From Crocinitomicaceae bacterium (GTDB taxonomy: Bacteria; Bacteroidota; Bacteroidia; Flavobacteriales_D; Crocinitomicaceae), in NCBI GenBank assembly GCA_040379905.1, contig JBEIKF010000001.1, positions 1-27,923 of the forward strand: a stretch of DNA of 27,923 bases. The letters are read 5' to 3'. Every line of letters begins with the position of its first letter. The first letter of the stretch is position 1. Shown here one piece after another: positions 19,157 through 27,293 of this stretch. The position numbers and the translations under genes are program-made. The notes below the pieces were generated by a model. That model worked only from the letters and a program-made list of their open reading frames with translations. It made no database searches and was not told where the DNA came from.

Positions 19157-22100
19157 TCTTCGTATTCATTTCTTTCACGCCTTTCTCTTACTAATTGGAT
19201 ATTCTCTTCCTTTTTTTTCTGACGAGTTTCAATGGCGGTTTGCGTAAAATAGTGGTGATTTTCCAAGAATTTAATTTGAATCTCATCCCATTTTCGATCG
19301 CTATCTATTTTATTCATTTCCCTTAATTCCATGCGCAATCTATCGGCAATTTCTTCAAAGTCACCGCGACCCAGATAATCCAAGTCCGCATCACATATGA
19401 TTTCTTGAAGTTTGTTAATAGGTTTGTGCGGGATTTCTGTAACATGGATTAGTTCAACGATCGTTTTAATGTGTTGCTCCGTATAGCCATATTTTGGCAA
19501 TAATTCTCTTGCCATTCGAGCCCCAATTTCCTCGTTGTGTTCATAGCGCTCTATAAACCCAGCATCGTGCAGAATTGCCGCTGTTTTCAGTAGAAATAAC
19601 CCTTCATCGGTCACTCCTTCAAGCAAAGCAATGCGCTCTACCGATTTGACAACATCCTTCGTGTGTTTAATCGAATGGTAATATAGTTTATCCGAAAGAC
19701 CCTTTTCTAATATTTTTAATACGTGATGTTCCGTTTTATAGTACTTAATCGTACTGTAGTGATGTAGCTTTTTTATTTCTTCAAACCGTGTATTGGGAAC
19801 AAGTCCTTCTCCATTAATAGATAATTCGGGTTTAATTCGAATTACCTCGTACATGTCGACCATTGTTTGTGCTTTCGATTGCACACGACCTTTGAATTCA
19901 CATTCAAAGTATGGTTCGATGTAATAGAAGGTTGAGCCGGTTATAGTTACTTTTCCAGGTTGACTTAACATCTCCATGCGTTGAGCCAAATTTACTGTAG
20001 AACCCCAAACATCATAAGCCAATCGCAAGTTTCCGATTATTCCTGCCGTCACAGGGCCTGTATTGATTCCAAGTCGTATTTCCCAATAATCTTCATGGTT
20101 GGCAATCGCATCGAACTTTATTTTCGATAAATATGCCTGAATTTGAATAGCCGCCGTACAAGCATCAATTGGATTTGTTGAGTTTTCAGTTGGGATGCCG
20201 CCAGCGCACATGTATGCGTCACCTATCGTTTTAATTTTCTCAAGGTTATTATTTTCGATAATCTCATCAAATTTCCTAAACAAAACATCCAATTTGTTAA
20301 CCAAGCGATTGGCGCTCATTGTTTCTGAAATCTTTGTAAAACCGACGACATCAGTAAACAAAACAGAAACGACTTTGAAACTGTTGGCTTGAACCTTTCC
20401 ACTCCTTTTCAATTCAATTACGGCCTCAGCTGGCAGGGTATTACTCAGCCATTTTTCTACTTTATCTTTTTCAATTTGGAGCAATTGTTGTTGTTCTAAA
20501 ACCTTGTTTTTCTCTGCTTCAATTAATACGTTTGCCTCTTCGATTTGCGTTTTTTGCTGTCGAATTTCGCGCGTGCGCTGAGCGATTTTTAGTTCAAGCC
20601 TTACTTGTTCACGCCTAGCAAATTCAATTCTTCTTCGGAAGATGATAAGCGTTAAAAGGGATAGAAAAACGGCTACAATTGACCAAAACCACCATGTCGC
20701 CCAATAAGGCGAATTAATTTTGAATTGAAGTATCGCAGGATTTTTACTCCAACTACCATCTCCAAGACGAGCATAAATTTTCAGTATGTATTCACCGGGA
20801 GATAGTGAATTGAATGAAAGCTCATTATCAGTCCCAATAAGTTGTTCACCAACATCCGACCCAACTAGGATGTATTTGTAGTTGACTAATTGGGGGTTAC
20901 ATAAGTCGTTTGTTTGAAAACGAATCGTGAAACTTCGGTGTTTGTAATCCAATTCGAGATAAGTTGTTTTGGCAATGACTTTCTTAAGTGGGGATGCTTT
21001 ATCGCCTGGTTTCAGCCAATTCTGATCCAATTTAAATTTGGAAATGATTACTTGTAAATCATCTGAGGATTTGGATAAATTGCTTGGAAAAAAATAATTG
21101 TACCCGTTTATACCACCGAAAAAAAGCTCGCCTTTTCGTGATTGATAAAAAGCATTCGAATTAAATTCGTTACTTACCAAGCCATTTATTTCTTTATAAA
21201 TGGTTACTTCTCCATTTTTTCGATTGTAAGATGCGATGCCTTTATTTGTGCTTAACCAAAGACGGTTGTATGAATCTTCAAGTAAGCCATAAATTACATT
21301 GTTGGGTAAGCCTTGTTTTTTCCCTACAATTTTAATGCTGTTCGATTTCAAATTGATTTGAACCAAGCCGCTGCCAAAAGTCCCAAGCCAATATTCATTT
21401 TTTGACACGTGACTCATGGTACTTACATAATCCTTCACGTATCGGATGAATAGGTTATTTATCGGGTGAGGAATAATTTTTTGTTTGCTTTCTGAAAAAT
21501 AATTTAACCCACCCCCACTTGAAGCGAACCAAAACTTGCCATTTTTGTCTTTGTATATCACCCGGCAAATACCAATGGTAATAGAGTTTTTAACGTCTTT
21601 TGGATTGTGTTCGAAAAGCTCAGACTTATTGCTTCTTAAATTAAAACGAATTACCCCGCCTTTCGTCGCTAGAAAAAATTGATCTTTGTTATATGGCACT
21701 ATGGAATATACCCGATCGTGTTTTTGGGCATGTTCTTTTGATACATAGGTTAATTTACGATATGAATACTCTAACGGGCTATTAATCCGAAGCTCATACA
21801 ATCCGTCAAGGCATCCAACCAAAACCCTGTTTTCAGATAAACTGTAAATACTTAATACAACTTCTTTTCCAGTCACACTATTTGAAAGTGCCCCAATAGT
21901 GCGATTGAATTGATCAAAACTTCCTGTTTTGCGATTAAAGCGCGATACACCGGCATCTGTCCCTACAAATACGAATTTTGCACTCGGATCTTCCGAAAAA
22001 CACCAAACATTGGGAGAGGGTAGCCCTTTTTTTAAATTCCCACTTGGACCTATTCCGAGAAATCCCACACGACTAGGATCGAATCCAGATAACCCACGTT

Positions 22101-23064
22101 CAGAGCCAATCCAAATCTTGTTGTTGTTATCTTGATAGAGGCATGAAAGACCATTAAAGAGAAGTGAGTTTTTTTGAAAAATATCTTCAGTGCTATTAAA
22201 AATGCTCCCGTTTTCATTTATGGTAAACAACCCATTCGAAGCTGTTGCTATGAAATATTTGCCATTCGAATGAACAATATCTTTTATACTGAAAAGCCCG
22301 ATTTCATCCAGCGATTTAAAGCGCGCACTTATTTTAAGAGAATTCGGATTTATTTGAAACAAACCTTGGTTTGTGCAAAGAAATATAAGTCCGTTTTCAA
22401 GTTCTACTATATTTAGAACGGATATGATGGTCTGATTCTTAGCCTTTACAATAAGATTTTGAGTTGTTTTTGACAAGTAATTATAGTAAATCAAGCCCTT
22501 ATCTTCTGTATCAATCAACATATCCCCATTTTTCAGACAAGTAACAAGATGAACCTTTTTTGAACCTAGGTTTATTTTTTCAGTTTGAAATTTGAGATTT
22601 TTCGTGTCGAATTTAACAATGCCATAACCAATTGTCGCGAGCCATAAATTTCCTTTCTGATCAAAATCAATGCTTTGAATATCCAATAGAATTTGACTAC
22701 TGATGTTGAAGGTAGTAAAACGCTCCGTATTTGGGTTATATAGAATTAGACCACTGGCCGTCCCGAACCATAAGCGTCCATCAGGAGTTCGCACAGAGCA
22801 TTGGAAGTTTGTACTTTCAAGTCCTGGTGTTTCATCTTGATTAAATACCTCAAAGGATTTGCCATCGTAACGATTTAATCCATCTTGGGTTCCTATCCAA
22901 AGTGAATTGTTTTTATCTTGAATAATGGTAGTTACAAAGCTCTGAGAAAGACCATTACTGATGGTATAGTTGTTAAAACGATAATCACCTTGGGAAAAGC
23001 TAAGTAATGCCCAAACAGAGAAAAGGAGAAGTACGAGTAATTTTGAATTGTTATTTCCCGTCAT
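19153..23064 (-). CDS. Membrane sensor: beta-propeller (Reg_prop) + Y_Y_Y + TM + coiled coil + class III adenylyl cyclase + HD phosphohydrolase
   Basis: Signal peptide; GLSQSFVT..IQD...LWIGT..GL-type repeats; Y_Y_Y (YKYILVG...LSPGEYILKI); TM at ~aa 787-808. Cyclase residues D905, K945, D949, D1018, N1025, R1029. HD domain YH1130SIKH1134TKDV...H1166D1167...D1225ADL. Confidence 0.92.
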   Translation of the reverse strand: MTGNNNSKLLVLLLFSVWALLSFSQGDYRFNNYTISNGLSQSFVTTIIQDKNNSLWIGTQDGLNRYDGKSFEVFNQDETPGLESTNFQCSVRTPDGRLWFGTASGLILYNPNTERFTTFNISSQILLDIQSIDFDQKGNLWLATIGYGIVKFDTKNLKFQTEKINLGSKKVHLVTCLKNGDMLIDTEDKGLIYYNYLSKTTQNLIVKAKNQTIISVLNIVELENGLIFLCTNQGLFQINPNSLKISARFKSLDEIGLFSIKDIVHSNGKYFIATASNGLFTINENGSIFNSTEDIFQKNSLLFNGLSCLYQDNNNKIWIGSERGLSGFDPSRVGFLGIGPSGNLKKGLPSPNVWCFSEDPSAKFVFVGTDAGVSRFNRKTGSFDQFNRTIGALSNSVTGKEVVLSIYSLSENRVLVGCLDGLYELRINSPLEYSYRKLTYVSKEHAQKHDRVYSIVPYNKDQFFLATKGGVIRFNLRSNKSELFEHNPKDVKNSITIGICRVIYKDKNGKFWFASSGGGLNYFSESKQKIIPHPINNLFIRYVKDYVSTMSHVSKNEYWLGTFGSGLVQINLKSNSIKIVGKKQGLPNNVIYGLLEDSYNRLWLSTNKGIASYNRKNGEVTIYKEINGLVSNEFNSNAFYQSRKGELFFGGINGYNYFFPSNLSKSSDDLQVIISKFKLDQNWLKPGDKASPLKKVIAKTTYLELDYKHRSFTIRFQTNDLCNPQLVNYKYILVGSDVGEQLIGTDNELSFNSLSPGEYILKIYARLGDGSWSKNPAILQFKINSPYWATWWFWSIVAVFLSLLTLIIFRRRIEFARREQVRLELKIAQRTREIRQQKTQIEEANVLIEAEKNKVLEQQQLLQIEKDKVEKWLSNTLPAEAVIELKRSGKVQANSFKVVSVLFTDVVGFTKISETMSANRLVNKLDVLFRKFDEIIENNNLEKIKTIGDAYMCAGGIPTENSTNPIDACTAAIQIQAYLSKIKFDAIANHEDYWEIRLGINTGPVTAGIIGNLRLAYDVWGSTVNLAQRMEMLSQPGKVTITGSTFYYIEPYFECEFKGRVQSKAQTMVDMYEVIRIKPELSINGEGLVPNTRFEEIKKLHHYSTIKYYKTEHHVLKILEKGLSDKLYYHSIKHTKDVVKSVERIALLEGVTDEGLFLLKTAAILHDAGFIERYEHNEEIGARMARELLPKYGYTEQHIKTIVELIHVTEIPHKPINKLQEIICDADLDYLGRGDFEEIADRLRMELREMNKIDSDRKWDEIQIKFLENHHYFTQTAIETRQKKKEENIQLVRERRERNEYED

Positions 23065-23575
23065 TCATTTGATTGCTGTTGTTCGCTTGAATGATTGAAC
23101 TTTCAAGGTCTCGATCAAACAAGTACAGTCCGCCATTGTCATTTCCAATAAGTTTGATTTTGTCCAATACCAATCTAGCCAAAGCTTCTTCTTCAAGTTG
23201 TTCTGAAACATACCATTGAACGAAGTTGTGCGTAGTGTAATCTTTTTCTTGCAAACAAATGTCAACTAGATTGTTAATGCTATCAGTTACGCTAATTTCG
23301 TGTGAAAGTAACAGTTCAAAAACATTTTTTAAATTTTTAAACTCAACAGGGGGTTGCTCTATAGCAGGGATAATGGCTTTTCCGCCTCGTTCATTAACGA
23401 ATTTAACCAACTTCAACATATGGAAACGCTCCTCATCTGAGTGAGAATACATGAATTTCGCTGTACCATTCAGTCCGTTATTCTCAGCCCAAGAGGCCAT
23501 GGCCAAATAAAATTGAGAGGATGATGCTTCTTTTTTAATTTGCTCATTAAGCGCTGTTTCGACACGATTATTCAT
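23051..23575 (-). CDS. ftnA: Non-heme ferritin
   Basis: Ferroxidase-centre residues E16, Y23, E48/E49, H52, E93, WY..EQ.EEE. ATG 23575 is preferred because the track's GTG 23590 overlaps the -7 box. Confidence 0.95.
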   Translation of the reverse strand: MNNRVETALNEQIKKEASSSQFYLAMASWAENNGLNGTAKFMYSHSDEERFHMLKLVKFVNERGGKAIIPAIEQPPVEFKNLKNVFELLLSHEISVTDSINNLVDICLQEKDYTTHNFVQWYVSEQLEEEALARLVLDKIKLIGNDNGGLYLFDRDLESSIIQANNSNQMNDGK

Positions 23576-23589
23576 AATTTGTTTTTTCA

Positions 23590-23597
23590 CAAATTTA
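23590..23597 (-). promoter_or_regulatory. -7 element (TAAATTTG) for the ferritin-cyclase transcription unit
   Basis: Exact TAnnTTTG 14 nt upstream of ATG 23575. Confidence 0.7.
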
Positions 23598-23627
23598 CGA
23601 ATCTTCGTATCAAAATGTATATATTTT

Positions 23628-23657
23628 AAAACAAAAAAGGGGAATGTAATTTCCCCT
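23628..23657 (-). terminator. Intrinsic terminator after the 23683-24903 gene
   Basis: AGGGGAA/TTCCCCT 7-bp stem (23638-23657) followed on the minus strand by TTTTTGTTTT. Confidence 0.7.
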
Positions 23658-23682
23658 AGTAATCGAAAATAATTGATTTTGT

Positions 23683-24903
23683 TTAACGATAAACTTTATT
23701 ATTAATTGATTTTTTACTTTTTTGTACATTAAATCCAACATTAATACCTGTGTAACCTCCTCCTTTTTGAGAAGAATAGAAAATATTTACAGGAATATTT
23801 AATGATCCTGCCCGAAATGTTCTTCCAAATGCAAAAACAAACGAAGTGTTGACCCATTTTTTACCTCTATTATCATAGTGCGAACTATTAAAATCATAGC
23901 CATCTTTGTTGTTTGACAAATCTTGGGGTGTAGGTGGTGTGAAAATTCCATTTTGGTTGTATTGAGGATCAGAACCATAGGTTCTTGAAGCAAATTCATC
24001 CCAATCAGATTGTGAGAAATACCGATTTTCTTCTCCAAACAAGTTATCGGTGTCAAAAAATCCATTGGAAGTTGATTTAACTCCAAATCCTGGTCCAAAT
24101 GCCAATTCCCAGCCGCCTTTTCCAAAACGGAATCCATTCATTATTGTTAGTGAAGGGATAAATTGACCTTGTTCGAGACCGGAAACATTTACGATTCCTT
24201 CGATGAGTGCCGAAAAATTCTCTGTGCCCACATACTGACCCTCTAATTGATAACCAATCATACTTACAAAAGGAGCTATTCCCAAGCCTCCTTGTGATTC
24301 AGGTCGAGTAGCAAATTCACTTAATGATCCAACAAGAGCTGCACCTCCTATCCTTGGACCAGAATTATTTATTTTGCCAACATTATTGGATGTAATGAGT
24401 TCATTTTTAAAAGCAAGTCTATCTTGAACGACCTTATCTGATTGTAGTCCATGCATTTCTTTTAAAATTATTTCAATCATTCGCTGCATTTCAATTTCTT
24501 GGTTGTCGAATTCTCTGACGGCTGATTTAAAAATTGTTTGGTTTTTCACATCAACTATTTTTATTGTAACAACTATCTTATTTCCCAACCCATCTAAACT
24601 TCCACACATCACATAATCCACATTTAACTCTTTACCAAGACCCACTAAGCAATTTTGACCGTAACATTGAGTTCTGTACACTTCTTTAGCTTTGAGGACA
24701 TCCGCCATATCAAATTCATCGTACACTTTGTATTTATTCATTTTAATTAATTCCAATCGCATCATTTTAGAACCAGACTCGGGTTTAATACTAAGTGCAT
24801 TAACATTGGGATTAGCTACTGCAATTGATGGTAAGTTTTCATTTTGAGCGTTTAAACTTTTGAAACTCAATAAAACCGATAAAAAGAAAATTTTTGTTTT
24901 CAT
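23683..24903 (-). CDS. Exported protein: N-terminal CsgG/TolB_N/LpoB-like alpha/beta domain plus C-terminal small beta-barrel
   Basis: Signal peptide from ATG 24903 (MKTKIFF); QCYGQNCLVGLGKELNVDYVMCGSL..LGNKIVVTIKIVDV pattern; amphipathic strands from SGPRIG to TGINVGFNV. Confidence 0.65.
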   Translation of the reverse strand: MKTKIFFLSVLLSFKSLNAQNENLPSIAVANPNVNALSIKPESGSKMMRLELIKMNKYKVYDEFDMADVLKAKEVYRTQCYGQNCLVGLGKELNVDYVMCGSLDGLGNKIVVTIKIVDVKNQTIFKSAVREFDNQEIEMQRMIEIILKEMHGLQSDKVVQDRLAFKNELITSNNVGKINNSGPRIGGAALVGSLSEFATRPESQGGLGIAPFVSMIGYQLEGQYVGTENFSALIEGIVNVSGLEQGQFIPSLTIMNGFRFGKGGWELAFGPGFGVKSTSNGFFDTDNLFGEENRYFSQSDWDEFASRTYGSDPQYNQNGIFTPPTPQDLSNNKDGYDFNSSHYDNRGKKWVNTSFVFAFGRTFRAGSLNIPVNIFYSSQKGGGYTGINVGFNVQKSKKSINNKVYR

Positions 24904-25109
24904 AACTACTATTTTTATGGACAAATATTTCCTTATTTATCGCAAAAAACAAAATTGATTTACTCAAGTGTTAATTTATTATTTGCGATATACGCATATT
25001 TTGATGTTAAAGAAAAAAGATTTTTCTGAATTGTTTGTTAATTTGCATTTAAACTTCATTCAGTTGTAGAAGCTACAATCTCTCAAAACTTAATAAATAG
25101 GTGAGATTT

Positions 25110-25129
25110 TCAATTGTAATTACAATTGA
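25110..25129. promoter_or_regulatory. Perfect 20-bp palindrome, putative operator
   Basis: TCAATTGTAATTACAATTGA equals its own reverse complement; no U-tract on either strand. Confidence 0.5.
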
Positions 25130-25144
25130 GTTAAGAGGAGGACA

Positions 25145-26155
25145 TCAGAAATACAAATCAGCTTCAATTTTTTTTCGGAAAGAAAGAATCATTTTTTCAA
25201 AATCAAAGAAGAAATTGTTTCTTTCTTTTTCATTGACTTGGCTAATTAGGCTTGAATTTGCCAATTGTTTATCAATAATTTGTTTTGAATCTGCAACATA
25301 ACTTGGAGAGCTTGTATGCAAATAATTCAATACATTGTGGGTTACAAATAGTCCGTTAGTTTCTTTACTTGTGTAATAAAATGTCGTATCCGAATTAATG
25401 GTTTCATTGAGATACATGTTAAAATCATTTCCCGAATTTGGAGCTGAAGTACCATAAATGAATTTCTTACCTGCGACTGCTTGTTCCTTTAAGTGTTTTG
25501 CAAACAATAGAGCACGATCACATAAAAACAGAGCATATTCAGGGTCTTCAAACATGTGAGCTTTGTAGTAATATAATATCTGACGCATAAATCCATGCAT
25601 TAATTCTGGATCAAATATCTCAGTAGAGGGGATTGAATTATAGATTTGTAGTATTTCTTTCCCCAATTCAAATGCACGATCCGTGGTTTTCTCATGCCAA
25701 AAATTCTCTTCCTTATAAGCCTCTATTTGTAAATGCGTCTTTGCCCAGAAAAATAAGCGGAATCTGACCAGCTGAGGAAAATTCAAAATCTGAAAAAAAT
25801 GAGTGTTACTAACAGACAATATAATCTCTGGATTCGTCAATTTTTTAATTCGTCTAAATGATTCAGCAATCCCCTCTAAATAAGTCTCTAAGCTGAAATC
25901 ATAGGTATTTAATGGTGGATATTGAAAAATGACTTTCCCCTGGCTCAATTGGGCTAACGCATCAAATGATACATCAAAATGCTGACAAATTCTTTTCGTT
26001 TCTTGTATGGTAAGACTTGTCTCCCCGCGGTATCGTCTGTAAACCGCATCTGGACTTAAATGTAAAATATCAGATAGGACATTTCCTAAAGAATCCTGAC
26101 CACTCAATTTTGATTTTATTATTTTAAATAATTCAGCCTGAATATCAGATTTCAT
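25145..26155 (-). CDS. Putative transcriptional regulator, N-terminal XRE/BetR-like HTH plus uncharacterised C-terminal domain
   Basis: LSDILHLSPDAVYRRYRGETSLTIQETKRICQHFDVSFD is an XRE-type HTH; no signal peptide or TM segment. Confidence 0.75.
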   Translation of the reverse strand: MKSDIQAELFKIIKSKLSGQDSLGNVLSDILHLSPDAVYRRYRGETSLTIQETKRICQHFDVSFDALAQLSQGKVIFQYPPLNTYDFSLETYLEGIAESFRRIKKLTNPEIILSVSNTHFFQILNFPQLVRFRLFFWAKTHLQIEAYKEENFWHEKTTDRAFELGKEILQIYNSIPSTEIFDPELMHGFMRQILYYYKAHMFEDPEYALFLCDRALLFAKHLKEQAVAGKKFIYGTSAPNSGNDFNMYLNETINSDTTFYYTSKETNGLFVTHNVLNYLHTSSPSYVADSKQIIDKQLANSSLISQVNEKERNNFFFDFEKMILSFRKKIEADLYF

Positions 26156-26162
26156 TTAAGTC

Positions 26163-27188
26163 TTAAAATTTAAAAAACCAGCTACACATTGGTATTGGAA
26201 ATGAATTTGAATCATATCTATCAAATGTAGCCACTCCTGCTAACGCTATTTGAAACGCTCGATTTTCATTTTTCTGAAAGCGCATTCCAGGCATCAAATA
26301 TAGCGAAGTTTTAAAAACTCTTTCTTCTTTTATAGTTGTAATTAAAGGTGTATAATTTTGAGTAATTGGGTCATATCCACCTTTTGAAGTTTGATTTATA
26401 ACGTCTTGTTTATTAAATAACACCATCGAATCAAAGAAAAAACTGGCTTTACTTCCTACTTTAAATATTCCAGCAATTGAAATTAAAGGCGCTTTACGGA
26501 GTGGAATCATGCGCTCATAAGTTGAAGGGAAATTCGGTTCGATGTAGGTACCAGGTCGCTCAATGGTTTCTTCGGTTCCCATTTTTAAATATCCGTAACC
26601 GGCTGAAAATGAAATGTTGTTTAGTCTGTTGCCATATGTGATTACGCCCCAGTGTAAACCTCCGAATCCTTTGAAGTTCGCTAAATAGCCGCTTGTTCCT
26701 ATCATTGTTCCTACTGCGAAATGCCATTTATCCGATTTGTTTAATAGGGCATATTTAGCAGCCAAAACGAATGGACTGGCAATCCAAGTTGTCATTACAC
26801 CGAGCGAAAAGCGATCGGAGAGCGAAAAATGAACTTCCGGGCCATACAAATTTACCAAAGCATAGTTCTCTCCTCGCTTAATTGAAAAAGCATTCGTTGT
26901 GAATTGATACCTAGTCGTAAATGGTCCTTGCGCGCGATATTCACCAAAAACAACTTCCTTTCGAGAAGAAACGAGTGTAATCGACTTTATATCCGACTTG
27001 GTTATATAAATCTTACCGAGTGTGTTAGTTTCTAAAAGAATTTCTCGTCCATCGTCGTTTAATATCTTACCGATATATTCCATCCCGTTGTTTTTGGTGA
27101 CTACATAGGTATTTGTATCTACAGGATTTTGTTGCGCTTTTGAAAAACCAAGGATGAATGTAAACAATAAAAAGAAGTATATTTTCAT
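26163..27188 (-). CDS. Uncharacterised outer-membrane beta-barrel protein (paralog A)
   Basis: Signal peptide from ATG 27188; short N-terminal domain (NGMEYIGKILNDDGREI); amphipathic strands; terminal SWFFKF beta-signal; -7 box TAATTTTG at 27209-27202. Confidence 0.75.
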   Translation of the reverse strand: MKIYFFLLFTFILGFSKAQQNPVDTNTYVVTKNNGMEYIGKILNDDGREILLETNTLGKIYITKSDIKSITLVSSRKEVVFGEYRAQGPFTTRYQFTTNAFSIKRGENYALVNLYGPEVHFSLSDRFSLGVMTTWIASPFVLAAKYALLNKSDKWHFAVGTMIGTSGYLANFKGFGGLHWGVITYGNRLNNISFSAGYGYLKMGTEETIERPGTYIEPNFPSTYERMIPLRKAPLISIAGIFKVGSKASFFFDSMVLFNKQDVINQTSKGGYDPITQNYTPLITTIKEERVFKTSLYLMPGMRFQKNENRAFQIALAGVATFDRYDSNSFPIPMCSWFFKF

Positions 27189-27293
27189 GGCCAATTTTTT
27201 TCAAAATTAGACCAGTCATCCTGATTGTTATTTACAGAAAATCAACTAAATTTTTAAGTTGTTTCAGTTAAAACAGAATTTAAAAAATGGAAA

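Noticed and set aside
19153-20400. Pycsar/CBASS-type anti-phage interpretation of the cyclase-HD region
   Set aside because: The cyclase has adenine-specifying K/D residues and a large periplasmic sensor, and no TM/TIR effector gene is adjacent. The HD subfamily resembles (from memory) that fused to DUF5706 in Flavobacteria, but the context fits signalling.
23576-23682. Fur-box search upstream of ferritin
   Set aside because: No convincing GATAATGATAATCATTATC-like inverted repeat, only general AT-richness
3161-25301. Remaining 61-112 aa track ORFs overlapping long genes (e.g. 3161-3415, 3716-3955, 4656-4907, 17706-17984, 23799-24137, 25101-25301)
   Set aside because: Antisense or alternate-frame by-products of well-supported CDSs, with no motifs or separate promoter evidence
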